Source of the DNA: Saprospiraceae bacterium
Lineage (GTDB): Bacteria > Bacteroidota > Bacteroidia > Chitinophagales > Saprospiraceae
DNA length: 64,000 nucleotides
NCBI GenBank assembly: GCA_020436835.1
Contig: JAGQWZ010000367.1
Span: forward strand, 3,825 to 67,824
Reading direction: 5' to 3'
The position numbers and the translations under genes were made by a program. Position 1 is the stretch's first letter, and each line of letters starts with the position of its first letter. Positions 29,303 to 40,023 of this stretch are shown in pieces. The notes under the pieces were generated by a model that saw only the letters and a program-made list of their open reading frames with translations, was not told the origin of the DNA and searched no databases.

Positions 29303-30633
29303 ACAAACTGTCACTAGTTATCAAGCGCGAGTATTTATCCCGGGTAAAGAAGAAATCCTTTATTATCACCACTTTGTTAGCGCCTCTGGCCCTGGCATTA
29401 TTTATGATTATCGTGGGACTAATTTTCTCATACCAGGGTGATGATGCTAAAAATGTAGTGATTGTAGACAAATCCCATGTTCTCGACGGTAAAATGAAGG
29501 ATCAGCGCAATTTCTATTTCTCCTTCACAGATAAGGAGCTCGAAGATCTTACCGGTATTTCTGAAGAGGATGTTGATGGTATCCTGGTTGTTCCTCCTTT
29601 ACCTAGCCTCGAGACCAATAAACACACGATATACTACTATTCAGATAAACAACTGGATTTGGAGTCAACGGAGCGCCTGCAAAATGCCGTCAGGGATAAA
29701 GTCAGAGAATACAAGATTAAGGAGCTAAATCTGGACGCTAAACAGCTTGAAAATCTTAATACCCAAATCACACTTGATCCCGAACCGCTTTCTACCGAAA
29801 GCAGCGATGACCAACGGAAATCAGATAACCCCAGTCCATTTACGAGCATTATCGCAGCTGCTATTGGTGGCATCATGGGCTTTGCTATGTATATGATCGT
29901 TTTCATCAATGGAATGATGGTCATGCGCAGCGTAATGGAAGAGAAAATGAATCGTGTGGTAGAAGTGATGATAAGTAGTGTTCGACCTTTTAATCTTATG
30001 ATGGGTAAGATCATTGGGGTAGGCGCTGTAGGACTTACCCAAATATTGATTTGGTTGGTGTTATTACCCCTAATCATAACCGGTGCGAATCTTCTCTTTG
30101 GGTTTGATACTCAACAATCGATGATGGAAGCTTCTGGCAATCAAATGATTAACCCAGAGGATATGGAAGTTATAGCCACCCAAATCATGACTGAACTCAG
30201 GGCGGTAAACTGGTGGCTTATTGTGCCGTGTTTTATAATCTTTTTCTTTGGAGGATATGTGATCTATGCTTCCCTCTTTGCCGGCGTTGGTAGTGCTATC
30301 GGTGATGACCTGGCTGAGAGTCAGGCTTTAACGCTTCCATTGACTATCCCGGTGATCATCGCGCTCTACATTATGTTTGCAGCACTCCGTGTACCCAACA
30401 GCACGATGGCGGTTTGGTCATCTATTTTTCCTTTCTTTTCTCCCATTGTGATGCCTGCCCGTCTTGCATTTGATCCTCCTGTATGGCAGATCGTATTATC
30501 CATTGCCCTACTCATAGCGGCAGCGATATTTTGTGTTTGGATTTCCAGCCGGATTTATCGTACCGGCATCCTCATGTACGGTAAGAAGGGGAGTTTTAAG
30601 GAGATTTGGAAGTGGATGACTACCAGGGATTAA
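29299..30633 (+). CDS. ABC-2 type transporter permease (NatB-like)
   Basis: Overlaps the ATPase gene by 4 nt. One N-terminal TM segment, a ~150-aa extracytoplasmic loop, then about 5 C-terminal TM segments. Confidence 0.8.
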   Translation: MNKLSLVIKREYLSRVKKKSFIITTLLAPLALALFMIIVGLIFSYQGDDAKNVVIVDKSHVLDGKMKDQRNFYFSFTDKELEDLTGISEEDVDGILVVPPLPSLETNKHTIYYYSDKQLDLESTERLQNAVRDKVREYKIKELNLDAKQLENLNTQITLDPEPLSTESSDDQRKSDNPSPFTSIIAAAIGGIMGFAMYMIVFINGMMVMRSVMEEKMNRVVEVMISSVRPFNLMMGKIIGVGAVGLTQILIWLVLLPLIITGANLLFGFDTQQSMMEASGNQMINPEDMEVIATQIMTELRAVNWWLIVPCFIIFFFGGYVIYASLFAGVGSAIGDDLAESQALTLPLTIPVIIALYIMFAALRVPNSTMAVWSSIFPFFSPIVMPARLAFDPPVWQIVLSIALLIAAAIFCVWISSRIYRTGILMYGKKGSFKEIWKWMTTRD

Positions 30634-32396
30634 CTGGATTCTCTCAGCCTTAGAGATAGTTCCTGCAACTGCTTCTCATCAATCTCACTAGGCGCATCGA
30701 TCATCATGTCCCTTCCCATATTATTCTTTGGGAAAGCAATAAAGTCACGTATTGAGGTACTACCCTTCATCACCGCACATAGCCGGTCAAATCCAAAGGC
30801 AATTCCTCCATGGGGTGGAGCGCCGTATTCGAAGGCACCCATCAAAAACCCAAATTGTCTTTCTGCTTCCTCCGGGGAAAAGCCCAACAGCTTAAAGTTC
30901 TTTTCTTGCAGGATCCGGTCGTGGATCCGAATCGATCCTCCTCCAATTTCCACCCCATTGATCACCAGATCGTAGGCGTCTGCCCGCAAGCTTTTCATCG
31001 TCTCGTGATCACCGGTTAGCATCTTGCTTATGTCGGTTGATTTTGGCGAGGTGAAGGGATGGTGCATAGCATGAAAACGGCCGGATTCTTCATCCCATTC
31101 CAGTAAGGGAAAATCAATCACCCAAAGTGGTTTGAAAACCTTTGGATCTAAAAGTTTCAGACGACGGCCCATTTCCAGTCGGAGTTCGCTCATTTGCTTG
31201 CGGGTGCTATCGGTTTCCCCCGAAAGAATTAATAGGAGGTCACCCTTTTTGGCACCACAATCAATGGCCCATTTTTCCAGAGTTTCATCAGAGTAAAACT
31301 TTCCAATGCTCGATTTGAAGGAGCCATCGGCGTTCCATTTTACATATACCATTCCTTTTGCGCCAATCTGGGGTCTTCTTACCCAGTCAGTAAGTGCGTT
31401 TATGTCTTTATTTGAATAATGATCGGCCTGCCCTTCCGCGACAATTCCAAGTACGATTTCAGCCTGATCAAAAACCTGAAATCCATGTCCTTGTGCATGT
31501 GTTGTCAGGTCATTGAAAATCATATCAAAACGTAAATCCGGCTTGTCACTTCCATATTTTGAAATAGCTTCGTCAAACGTCATTCGGGGGAATTCATCCA
31601 GTTCCAATTGAAGGATCTCCCTGAAAAGATACCTGGTTAAGCCTTCGAAGGTCTGCAGGATCTGGTCTTGCGTAACAAACGCCATCTCACAGTCGATTTG
31701 AGTGAACTCAGGCTGCCGATCAGCCCGTAGATCTTCATCGCGAAAGCACTTTACAATTTGAAAATAGCGGTCAAAGCCAGCGACCATTAAAATTTGTTTA
31801 AAAGTCTGGGGACTCTGCGGCAAAGCATAAAATTGTCCGGGATTCATGCGGCTTGGCACCACAAAGTCTCTCGCCCCCTCCGGAGTACTCTTGATGAGGC
31901 AGGGAGTCTCAACTTCTACAAAATCCTCCTGTGTCAGATATTTGCGCACTTCGAGAGCGACTTTACTTCTAAATAAGATTTTATCTTTTACCGGATTACG
32001 TCGCATATCCAAATAGCGGTATTTCATCCTTAGATCGTCACCACCGTCACTTTCGTCTTCTATTGTAAAGGGGGGCACCTTTGAGGGATTAATGACATCC
32101 AAACGAGTGACTTCGATTTCAATATCACCAGTTGGCCGGTTGGGATTTTTGTTGCTTCTTTCGCGGACTTGCCCCTGCGCTTTGATCACAAATTCACGAC
32201 CAAGATTCGTAGCTCTTTTTGATAATTCCGCATCATCCTCTTCATTAAATACCAGTTGCGTAATCCCATAACGGTCTCTTAAGTCGACAAATGTCAATCC
32301 TCCAAATTGTCTGGTAGCCTGGACCCAACCGCTTAAGATCACCTCTTCTCCTACGTGATTCATACGTAGTGATCCACAATTGTAAGTGCGATACAT
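30630..32396 (-). CDS. aspS: aspartate--tRNA ligase
   Basis: 588 aa with an N-terminal OB anticodon-binding domain and class II motifs [25 protein letters not shown] and GIAFGFDR. Confidence 0.97.
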   Translation of the reverse strand: MYRTYNCGSLRMNHVGEEVILSGWVQATRQFGGLTFVDLRDRYGITQLVFNEEDDAELSKRATNLGREFVIKAQGQVRERSNKNPNRPTGDIEIEVTRLDVINPSKVPPFTIEDESDGGDDLRMKYRYLDMRRNPVKDKILFRSKVALEVRKYLTQEDFVEVETPCLIKSTPEGARDFVVPSRMNPGQFYALPQSPQTFKQILMVAGFDRYFQIVKCFRDEDLRADRQPEFTQIDCEMAFVTQDQILQTFEGLTRYLFREILQLELDEFPRMTFDEAISKYGSDKPDLRFDMIFNDLTTHAQGHGFQVFDQAEIVLGIVAEGQADHYSNKDINALTDWVRRPQIGAKGMVYVKWNADGSFKSSIGKFYSDETLEKWAIDCGAKKGDLLLILSGETDSTRKQMSELRLEMGRRLKLLDPKVFKPLWVIDFPLLEWDEESGRFHAMHHPFTSPKSTDISKMLTGDHETMKSLRADAYDLVINGVEIGGGSIRIHDRILQEKNFKLLGFSPEEAERQFGFLMGAFEYGAPPHGGIAFGFDRLCAVMKGSTSIRDFIAFPKNNMGRDMMIDAPSEIDEKQLQELSLRLRESS

Positions 32397-32434
32397 TTCT
32401 ATCTTAGATTTAATTGGTATTTGTGAAATGGCAG

Positions 32435-32442
32435 CAAAAATA
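32435..32442 (-). promoter_or_regulatory. candidate -7 box (TATTTTTG) for aspS
   Basis: The reverse complement is TATTTTTG (TAnnTTTG), 39 nt upstream of the aspS ATG. Confidence 0.3.
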
Positions 32443-32565
32443 CAAGAATAAAATGAAGCAAATTCATCTATACAAACCGGTCAAATCCAACGCCGCTTAA
32501 AACTTTTTTGTCTCGCTATGCGTCATTGAAAATGAAATCAGTAATTACTTAAGCCTAACCTAAAC

Positions 32566-33147
32566 TTGAATATGCAACAAGAAACCTCTACATCATTAGA
32601 ATTGGTACAGAGACTGCGTAGAGGGGATGCGGGAGCCTATCAGTTGATTGTAGATCAGTGGCAACATCGGGTGTTCAATTTTGCGCTGCGGTATAGTAAT
32701 GATCAATATTTTGCTAACGAGGTAGTGCAAAAAACGTTCATCCAGGTCTTTGAGAAAATCGATCAGCTAAAAGACCCCGCGAAGCTGAAATCCTGGCTAT
32801 ACAAAATTGCCAGTAATAATTGCTGTAATGAGGGCAGGTTGAAATCAAGGGTCAGTTTTAGCGTACTGGATGATCAGGTGCCTCAGAGAGCTGATTTCGA
32901 TACACCAGCCCGTTCATATGAAAAAGCGGAGATGAAAGCGCTGGTGGAAGATGTGTTGCAAAAGATACCACCAGAACAACGTCAGGTGATTATTATGAAA
33001 GAATATGAGGGACTTAAGTTTAGGGAAATAGCGGAAATACTGGGAGAATCGGAAAATACGGTCAAGTCCAGAATGTACTATGGATTGGACGCAATGAGAA
33101 AGATTTTATTAAATAATAATTTATCCAAAGATATATATCATGAATAG
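32566..33147 (+). CDS. ECF-type RNA polymerase sigma-70 factor
   Basis: Sigma region 2 (VFNFALRYSNDQYFANEVVQKTFIQVFE) and region 4 HTH (EGLKFREIAEILGESENTVKSRMYYG). The track start is TTG at 32566; the ATG at 32572 is equally plausible. Confidence 0.9.
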   Translation: MNMQQETSTSLELVQRLRRGDAGAYQLIVDQWQHRVFNFALRYSNDQYFANEVVQKTFIQVFEKIDQLKDPAKLKSWLYKIASNNCCNEGRLKSRVSFSVLDDQVPQRADFDTPARSYEKAEMKALVEDVLQKIPPEQRQVIIMKEYEGLKFREIAEILGESENTVKSRMYYGLDAMRKILLNNNLSKDIYHE

Positions 33148-33868
33148 AGAGAGGATTTTAGATTACCTCTATGATGAAATGACTCCGGATGTTAGAGAGG
33201 AGTTTGAGCGGGAACTACGAAATAACTCCACTCTGCAAAGCGAATTGCGAGAATTGCAGGAAGTAAGGAGCTTCTTAAGCCAGAGCACTGATCAGGTTGC
33301 ACAACCAATTGAAATGGTAGTAAAACCGGTCACTAAGGTCAGACGTATTTCAAGGTGGTGGGCGATTGCAGCCTCGTTGCTTTTGCTTGTAGTGGCCGGT
33401 AAAATGCTTGACCTGAAAGTGCAATCGCAAGGATCGGGTTTAGTCATTGGTTTTGGGGAATTGGAGCAACCAGACGAATCGATTAACGATGATCTTAAAG
33501 TTCAATATGCCCAATTACAGGGAGCCATACAAAGTTTACAAGAACAATTGAATAGTTATGGTGCCCCGGGAGGTGATACGGACGTCAAGCCGGTAAGTCT
33601 TTCGGAAAACCAGAAGTTGGCCGGATGGATCGTAAATGCTATGAAACAGGAACAAACTAGTCTGGAAAGCAGACTGGCAAACAAAATTTTGGAAGATCAA
33701 CAGGTGTATATCCAGGGAGTAGCCCAGGATCTCATGAATTATTGGAACGAGCAACGTAAGAACGACTTACAAATGATCAATAATGGAATGCAACAATTAG
33801 TGCAGGCATTGCAATTACCCTCTCAGGATCTCGCTCAATTTGTTAACAATACTCAGCAAAATTATTAA
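33140..33868 (+). CDS. putative anti-sigma factor (single-pass membrane protein)
   Basis: Overlaps the sigma gene by 8 nt. The N-terminal ~50 aa helical region (ILDYLYDEMTPDVREEFEREL) resembles anti-sigma N-domains but lacks the HxxxCxxC zinc motif. One TM segment (WWAIAASLLLLVVAG) is followed by a Gln-rich helical C-terminal domain. Confidence 0.55.
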   Translation: MNRERILDYLYDEMTPDVREEFERELRNNSTLQSELRELQEVRSFLSQSTDQVAQPIEMVVKPVTKVRRISRWWAIAASLLLLVVAGKMLDLKVQSQGSGLVIGFGELEQPDESINDDLKVQYAQLQGAIQSLQEQLNSYGAPGGDTDVKPVSLSENQKLAGWIVNAMKQEQTSLESRLANKILEDQQVYIQGVAQDLMNYWNEQRKNDLQMINNGMQQLVQALQLPSQDLAQFVNNTQQNY

Positions 33869-33870
33869 CT

Positions 33871-34935
33871 ATGAAATATTGGATTTTACTCTTTCTGCTA
33901 TCTGCCTACTTCACGGGTACTTTTGGTCAGACAATTGATCAATCTAAAATGGACAAAGACCTCGAAGTCGCCGAAAATATCCTCAGTACACTGCTGAAGC
34001 AGTCATCATCAGATGAATTTATGTACCTCTCCAGAGGACAAAAAGTTGAAGGCAATTATCTGGCAAACTATGGAGTAGTCTTCAGTGTGGAGTCCAGTGG
34101 GTTTCGTTTTTACAATGTGGAATCGAAAGGCAAGGAATTTGAGTCTGTGGAAATGGCTGTTGCCGGCGAAATAGAGCCCTCAGAGATGGTGATCCAGGCA
34201 TTCAAAGATTTTCTGGCAGACTATGGAAATCTCATACGACAACTTAAACCCAGTGATAAGATCCTACTCAAAACAGGAGGGAACCGTCATAGCCGTGGAG
34301 GCGTAGTCGTTTTCAGCGGGCAAAAGAAAACTAAGATGACCGGAGGGATTAGTGCAGAACTCCATGTCTCGGATTTATCCTCCTATGAGAAGGGCAACAT
34401 TACCAGAGATGAATTATTGGATAAGATCAAGATAAATGAAGACCTCAACAGTGCGGTCAAAGAACCGCAACTGGAAGTCTTTTCTTCCATGTTGGAAAGG
34501 CTGTATGAGGTCGATCTTACCGACACATACTACATGTCCGGTACGCCGGATTACGATCGGCTGGAAAAATTCGGAGTGACCTATTACCTGAAATTTTATT
34601 CAAGTCTCATCCATGATAATGACGAGTACTCACTGCCTACCATTGACAAAAAACACGTTAGCAAGGCGGAACGCAATAAGATTGTCGAGGAAATGTATCC
34701 TGAATTTCTGAAGACATTTAAACAGAATGTACTTGATTACGGACATATTTTGAAAACGCTTGATCCGGAAGAAATGATTGTCTTCCACATAAAGCTGACC
34801 TCATGTGAAGGATGTGATATGCCTGCCGTGATTGATGTTTCTATGAAAAAATCAGTGATCGAAGACTACCGAAATGGAGACCTCACATTAGACCGGGCAA
34901 TGACAATGATTGAGGTTAAGGATGTCAGTGACTAA
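33871..34935 (+). CDS. hypothetical secreted protein with an internal two-module duplication
   Basis: Starts 3 nt after the anti-sigma stop. Signal peptide MKYWILLFLLSAYFTGTFGQ. Two ~160-aa modules share landmarks: LEVAENILSTLL / LEVFSSMLERLY, NYGVVFSVE / KFGVTYYLKF, FKDFLADYGNLIRQLKPSDKILLK / FKQNVLDYGHILKTLDPEEMIVFHIK, and YEKGNITRDELLDKIKI / YRNGDLTLDRAMTMIEV. Confidence 0.5.
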   Translation: MKYWILLFLLSAYFTGTFGQTIDQSKMDKDLEVAENILSTLLKQSSSDEFMYLSRGQKVEGNYLANYGVVFSVESSGFRFYNVESKGKEFESVEMAVAGEIEPSEMVIQAFKDFLADYGNLIRQLKPSDKILLKTGGNRHSRGGVVVFSGQKKTKMTGGISAELHVSDLSSYEKGNITRDELLDKIKINEDLNSAVKEPQLEVFSSMLERLYEVDLTDTYYMSGTPDYDRLEKFGVTYYLKFYSSLIHDNDEYSLPTIDKKHVSKAERNKIVEEMYPEFLKTFKQNVLDYGHILKTLDPEEMIVFHIKLTSCEGCDMPAVIDVSMKKSVIEDYRNGDLTLDRAMTMIEVKDVSD

Positions 34936-35027
34936 TATCACCTGCTTACCGCCGAGGTTGAAGTACAGTTGACAAATTGATGACATTATTGGCGACTTTT
35001 GGATTTATATTCGTTGTCGTTTAGCCT

Positions 35028-36224
35028 ATGTTGTCTAATATTCACATCCTTACGGTTTCACATAAAGAGTTACCTCTCGACAAGGTGCCGGATTATGGTA
35101 TCCACTTTCATCATGCCACGGAACTAAAGCAAGGTCTGGAGAAACTCAAGAAGAAAAATAACCTTGAAGAACTTTTTTATCTGAGCACCTGTAACCGGGT
35201 GCTCTATCTTTTTGTAACCGAAAAAGGGGTGGATCGGAAATTGATGTCATCTCTTTTTGGAGAAGTTGATTTATCTCCGGTCAAATATCATCATGGCGAG
35301 GAAGCCGTATTTTATCTTTTTCAGGTAGCCTCATCCATTCACAGTATGGTTCTTGGGGAAAGAGAGATAATTACTCAGCTTCGGGTAGCTTACGAAGAAC
35401 AACAAAAATGGGGGATCACCGGTGACAACATCCGGCTGCTGGTCCAGGAGACCATCCGGGCTGCGAAGAAGATCTATGCTTCGACGAAGATTGGAGAAAA
35501 ACCAGTATCGGTCGTATCGCTGGCAGTTAAAAGTCTGCTGGACTTTAAGATCAGCAATAAGACTCCCATCATTCTGGTGGGTGCTGGGGCAACGAACCAA
35601 CTTGTTGTGCGGCATCTGACTAAAAAGGGGTTTATCAATATCAGCATTTATAATCGAAGTCTTGCTAAGGCCAAATCCCTGCACAAGGGATTAAATGGAT
35701 ATGCCGGAACGCTTGACGAATTGATCAATCACCAGGAAGACTTTGGATGTCTGATCGCCTGTACCAGTTCACCGCTACCCGTAGTGACCAGATCAATCGC
35801 CGATAAAATAAGTAAGGGTAAGATTCAGGAGAAAATTTGGATAGATTTGGGATTGCCTTCTGACATCGAACCTGAAATTCATTATTCATATCCTAAGCAG
35901 GTGATCAATCTGAAGGCGCTGCAAAGTAGAGCTAAAGTCAATCTCTCTATGCGGGCAAAAGAGATCAAAAGGGCAGATCTTCTTCTGGAGGATTCCCTTA
36001 ATGAATTTAAAAAGACGATGCACCAACGCCTTATTGAGCGGGCATTCCGCCATATTCCGACCGAAATAAAAGGGATCAAAGAAAAGGCGATTCACGAAGT
36101 CTTTAAGAAAGATCTGGCTACACTTGATTCTCAATCTGTGGATGTAATTTCCCGGATGATGAATTATATGGAAAAGAAATGCATCAGTGTTCCGATGAAA
36201 GCAGCAAGGAATTCATCAATTTGA
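35028..36224 (+). CDS. hemA: glutamyl-tRNA reductase
   Basis: Catalytic Cys context LSTCNRVLY, GEREIITQLR and the NADPH-binding GAGATN. Confidence 0.85.
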   Translation: MLSNIHILTVSHKELPLDKVPDYGIHFHHATELKQGLEKLKKKNNLEELFYLSTCNRVLYLFVTEKGVDRKLMSSLFGEVDLSPVKYHHGEEAVFYLFQVASSIHSMVLGEREIITQLRVAYEEQQKWGITGDNIRLLVQETIRAAKKIYASTKIGEKPVSVVSLAVKSLLDFKISNKTPIILVGAGATNQLVVRHLTKKGFINISIYNRSLAKAKSLHKGLNGYAGTLDELINHQEDFGCLIACTSSPLPVVTRSIADKISKGKIQEKIWIDLGLPSDIEPEIHYSYPKQVINLKALQSRAKVNLSMRAKEIKRADLLLEDSLNEFKKTMHQRLIERAFRHIPTEIKGIKEKAIHEVFKKDLATLDSQSVDVISRMMNYMEKKCISVPMKAARNSSI

Positions 36225-36291
36225 ACTTCAGCCACCAAGCATTCGTGTTTTCGTGTCCTAAAAAATGTAATTTAGACAGAAACATCACCGC

Positions 36292-37182
36292 ATGAAAAAG
36301 GTATTTCTTATCCTTGGTGCAATGGCATGTCTATCCATTAGTTATTCTCAGAATTTTGATGACGTCATCATCCAAACGACCCGGGTATCAGATCATATTT
36401 ATATGTTGGAGGGCTCCGGAGGTAACATTGCCGTTTCGATTGGAGAGGACGGACCTTTGATGGTGGATAGTCAATATGCACCATTAAGCAAGAAAATTAG
36501 AAATGCCATTGATGAACTATCCGAAAAACCAGTGCATATCCTGGTAAATACACATTGGCACGGAGACCATGTTGGCGGAAATGAGAATTTCGGAAATACG
36601 GGAGCCATGATTTTTGCCCATGATAATGTCAGAAAGCGGATGAGTAAATCTCAACTGATGCGTGCCTTTAGCCGGGAAATACCAGCATCACCTGAAATTG
36701 CACGGCCTGTCGTTACTTTCTCCGATGAAATGAGTATTAAATGTAATGGGGAGTATCTGATGCTGATTCACGTCGATAGTGCACATACAGACGGTGATGC
36801 GCTCATTTATTTTCCTGAGTCCGATGTGTTGCATATGGGGGACACCTATTTTAATGGAAGATATCCATTCATTGATTTATCATCAGGGGGCTCAATTGAT
36901 GGTGTTATTTCCGCTACGGAAAAGGCACTGTTTGTCGCTGGGGAGAATACTAAAATAATCCCCGGTCATGGAGCGCTTTCTAATCGTAATGAATTAAAGC
37001 AATATCAAGACGTTCTGAAAAATTTTCGGCAATCGGTCAAAGAATTGATCGATCAAGGTAAATCTCTCGAGGAAATCAAGCTGTTAAGACCAGGAAAGAA
37101 CTCGGATGCTGAATACGGTACAGGGTTTATTTCTCCAGAAAGATTTGTTGAAATCGTTTTTGAAAGTCTCACGGCAAACTGA
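36292..37182 (+). CDS. exported MBL-fold metallo-hydrolase
   Basis: Signal peptide MKKVFLILGAMACLSISYSQ, HWHGDH (HxHxDH) motif, AHTDGD and PGHG. Confidence 0.85.
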   Translation: MKKVFLILGAMACLSISYSQNFDDVIIQTTRVSDHIYMLEGSGGNIAVSIGEDGPLMVDSQYAPLSKKIRNAIDELSEKPVHILVNTHWHGDHVGGNENFGNTGAMIFAHDNVRKRMSKSQLMRAFSREIPASPEIARPVVTFSDEMSIKCNGEYLMLIHVDSAHTDGDALIYFPESDVLHMGDTYFNGRYPFIDLSSGGSIDGVISATEKALFVAGENTKIIPGHGALSNRNELKQYQDVLKNFRQSVKELIDQGKSLEEIKLLRPGKNSDAEYGTGFISPERFVEIVFESLTAN

Positions 37183-37266
37183 CCATTTTCGGGACTATCC
37201 TAAGCATAAAATTCCAAACCGATTAATTCTTATATTTAGCAGACACATCTGAAAATTGTCTGTTAT

Positions 37267-38826
37267 ATGCTTTCAAAAACATACGCCAGTACCGTTCAGG
37301 GAGTTGATGCCAAAACAATAACCGTCGAAGTAAATGCAGGAGGAGCCGTACCAGCTGGAAATCAAAACTTTTACCACCTTGTCGGTTTGCCTGACAGTGC
37401 AGTTAAGGAAGGCTTTCAACGCATTGGGGCCGCCATAAAAAACATCGGGTTTAATATGCCCAGATTGCGTCTGGTTGTGAACCTTGCACCGGCAGACATC
37501 AGGAAAGAGGGTTCAGCCTATGATCTACCTATTGCTTTGGGGGTGTTGGGAAGTACGGGTCAAATGAATGCTGAAAATTTACCAGAATATATAATCATGG
37601 GTGAATTAGCTCTCGACGGCGAATTGAGACCAATCAGAGGTGCTTTGCCAATTGCTATTCAAGCCCGCAAAGAAAAATTCAAAGGCTTTATCCTGCCCAG
37701 ACAAAATGCACGCGAGGCGGCCATTGTCAATGATTTGAAAGTGTATGGCGCTTCAAATCTCAGAGAGGTAGTAAGTTTTTTCAATGGTGAAGATTCACTT
37801 GAGCTTGAAGAGTTGGATACGAGAGAGGAATTTGATGAAAACAACAACCAATACGACGTTGATTTTGCGGATGTAAAAGGCCAGGAGAACATTAAAAGAG
37901 CCCTGACCCTGGCCGCAGCCGGCGGACATAACGTGATCCTGATCGGACCTCCGGGCGCTGGCAAAACGATGCTGGCCAGAAGGTTACCAACAATTTTACC
38001 TCCGATGGATTTACGAGAAGCACTGGAGACGACCAAAATTCATTCTGTAGCTGGACTGCTCCCGGCAGATACTGGTTTACTAACGGTTCGCCCCTTCCGG
38101 TCACCCCATCATACGATCAGTGATGTAGCGCTTGTTGGAGGTGGTTCCAATCCCAGCCCTGGGGAGATCTCTTTGGCTCATAATGGTGTTTTGTTTATGG
38201 ATGAACTCCCCGAATTTAAACGCACGGTATTGGAGGTCATGAGACAACCACTTGAAGAGAGAAAGGTGACCATTAGCCGGGCAAAATTAAGTGTAGACTA
38301 TCCCACCGGTTTTATACTGGTGGCCTCGATGAATCCCTGTCCATGTGGCTACTACAACCATCCTGAAAAAGACTGTGTCTGCGCCCCGGGAGTGATTACC
38401 AGATACCTCAACAAAATATCAGGACCGCTTCTGGATCGAATTGATCTTCATGTAGAAGTAACTCCGGTTTCATACGATGAATTATCAGATGTGCATGGAT
38501 CGCAGGAGAAAAGCAGCGATATTATTGAAAGGGTTATTAAAGCAAGAAAGATCCAAACGCAGCGATTTAAAAATGTCGAAGGTGTTTACACCAATTCACA
38601 GATGAGTAGTAAGATGGTTCATGAAATATGTGAAATAAATCAAGCAGGAAAAGTGCTTCTGAGGACGGCGATGGAAAAATTACAGCTTTCTGCCAGAGCA
38701 TACGACCGAATACTTAAGGTAGCCCGAACGGCGGCCGATCTGTCGGGAAGCCCGGAAATAAAAATCGAACATTTGGCAGAAGCAATTCAACTACGGACAC
38801 TGGACCGGGAAAGTTGGGCCGGTTAA
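37267..38826 (+). CDS. comM: YifB/ComM family Mg-chelatase-like AAA+ ATPase
   Basis: Lon-protease-like N-domain (DIRKEGSAYDLPIALG), Walker A GPPGAGKTM and ChlI-like FMDELPEF. Confidence 0.93.
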   Translation: MLSKTYASTVQGVDAKTITVEVNAGGAVPAGNQNFYHLVGLPDSAVKEGFQRIGAAIKNIGFNMPRLRLVVNLAPADIRKEGSAYDLPIALGVLGSTGQMNAENLPEYIIMGELALDGELRPIRGALPIAIQARKEKFKGFILPRQNAREAAIVNDLKVYGASNLREVVSFFNGEDSLELEELDTREEFDENNNQYDVDFADVKGQENIKRALTLAAAGGHNVILIGPPGAGKTMLARRLPTILPPMDLREALETTKIHSVAGLLPADTGLLTVRPFRSPHHTISDVALVGGGSNPSPGEISLAHNGVLFMDELPEFKRTVLEVMRQPLEERKVTISRAKLSVDYPTGFILVASMNPCPCGYYNHPEKDCVCAPGVITRYLNKISGPLLDRIDLHVEVTPVSYDELSDVHGSQEKSSDIIERVIKARKIQTQRFKNVEGVYTNSQMSSKMVHEICEINQAGKVLLRTAMEKLQLSARAYDRILKVARTAADLSGSPEIKIEHLAEAIQLRTLDRESWAG

Positions 38827-39992
38827 TCTGGCATCGCCTCGATTTTGTTTAGCAGCTCTGATGTCTCGGAAAAATCTGCACCCGCCTCTTTTGCCAATTC
38901 AATTGCCTTATGCGCATATCTTTCTGCCCGATTCTTTTTATTTCTTTTATAGAATAGAGCAGCCAGAGTATCATTATTGTAATAACTGTCTTCCTTTGAA
39001 ATTGATTTCTTCGCAATTTTGGTGGCCCACCGCAGTCCTTTTTTGTCATCGATTTTTTCGTAAAAATTCCAGGCTATTGAATTCAATGCATTGGCCGAAA
39101 GGTTTTGGTTTTTTTTGACATATTTTCTTGCTTTGTCGATATAGATGTCTTTTTTCCCCAAAACGTCGTAATAATTCAATTCGAAATTGTCATAAAAAGT
39201 ACCTGCCTTTGAGCTGGGAAATGTATTATTTATTACTTGCTTTACTTCAGCTAGATCCACCTCTTCAATTTCATTGTAATAATGATTTTCAATCAGACTT
39301 AGCAGTGTTCCGTCCACCCTTCCTTCACCAAATTCCTTAATAAACAAATGGCGTTTTTCGACAATAAAATTGTAATACGGATCCTGGTATTCTGACACCA
39401 GCTGACCAATTATTTCCATATTTCTTCTTGTCGTCCAGGTATCCTGCATCTCCAAATACTGCTTACCAATCTCTTTTGCCCGGCTATCCCCTGCTTCTAA
39501 CAGCGCGACAGTATAATTATACATGAGATCTTCTGAACGGTCGCCCTCACTATATCTCGCTTCGAGAGCAGGTAATTGTTTATTTGGATCCAGAGCGGTT
39601 TCTCCTATTTTTTTAAATCGTTCCGCAGACTGGTAACCCAGACCCTGGTGTATAAGTGCTCCGGCTGAATTTATAAAAAGGAAAGTCGGGTAGCTTCGTA
39701 CGCCATATCTTTTTGCCACTTCTTCTCCTTTACCTTTTTCCATGTCCAGTTTCAGATTGACAAAATTTTCATTATAAAAATCACCAATAGCTGAATCGGT
39801 AAACACCTCCCGATCCATCATTTTGCATGGACCACACCAGGTAGTATATGCATCAATAAAAATGATCTTTTCTTGATCTTTGGCTTTTGTCAAAGCCTTA
39901 TCAAAATCATTATCAATGAAGTTGATAGCCAGTTCTTCATTCTGTGCAAATAGGACTTGAGATAAAAACAGCAGAAAAAAAAGTACTCGCAT
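38823..39992 (-). CDS. exported thioredoxin-fold protein with a C-terminal helical-repeat domain (paralog 1)
   Basis: Start placed at MRVLFFLLFLSQVLFAQ (signal peptide). Redox motif WCGPCK at nt 39822-39839. About 250 aa of helical C-terminal region. Confidence 0.8.
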   Translation of the reverse strand: MRVLFFLLFLSQVLFAQNEELAINFIDNDFDKALTKAKDQEKIIFIDAYTTWCGPCKMMDREVFTDSAIGDFYNENFVNLKLDMEKGKGEEVAKRYGVRSYPTFLFINSAGALIHQGLGYQSAERFKKIGETALDPNKQLPALEARYSEGDRSEDLMYNYTVALLEAGDSRAKEIGKQYLEMQDTWTTRRNMEIIGQLVSEYQDPYYNFIVEKRHLFIKEFGEGRVDGTLLSLIENHYYNEIEEVDLAEVKQVINNTFPSSKAGTFYDNFELNYYDVLGKKDIYIDKARKYVKKNQNLSANALNSIAWNFYEKIDDKKGLRWATKIAKKSISKEDSYYNNDTLAALFYKRNKKNRAERYAHKAIELAKEAGADFSETSELLNKIEAMPD

Positions 39993-40023
39993 TTTAAAAT
40001 TGATTATGTTGAAATATATGCTG

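Noticed and set aside
28418-30077. Long antisense or alternative-frame ORFs from the track. Examples: 28418-28849 (143 aa), 29637-30077 (146 aa), 47957-48397 (146 aa), 54276-54668 (130 aa), 37659-38036 (125 aa), 18063-18422 (119 aa), 35331-35684 (117 aa), 44722-45006 (94 aa).
   Set aside because: Each lies entirely inside a confidently assigned gene on the other strand or frame. Each has a low-complexity or odd composition and no recognisable motif. They are typical shadow ORFs.
36292-37182. An exported MBL-fold protein with HWHGDH, as a possible metallo-beta-lactamase resistance gene.
   Set aside because: The HxHxDH motif is shared by the whole MBL superfamily (glyoxalase II, lactonases, sulfatases and others). 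Nothing in the sequence that I can verify by eye places it in subclass B1 or B3.
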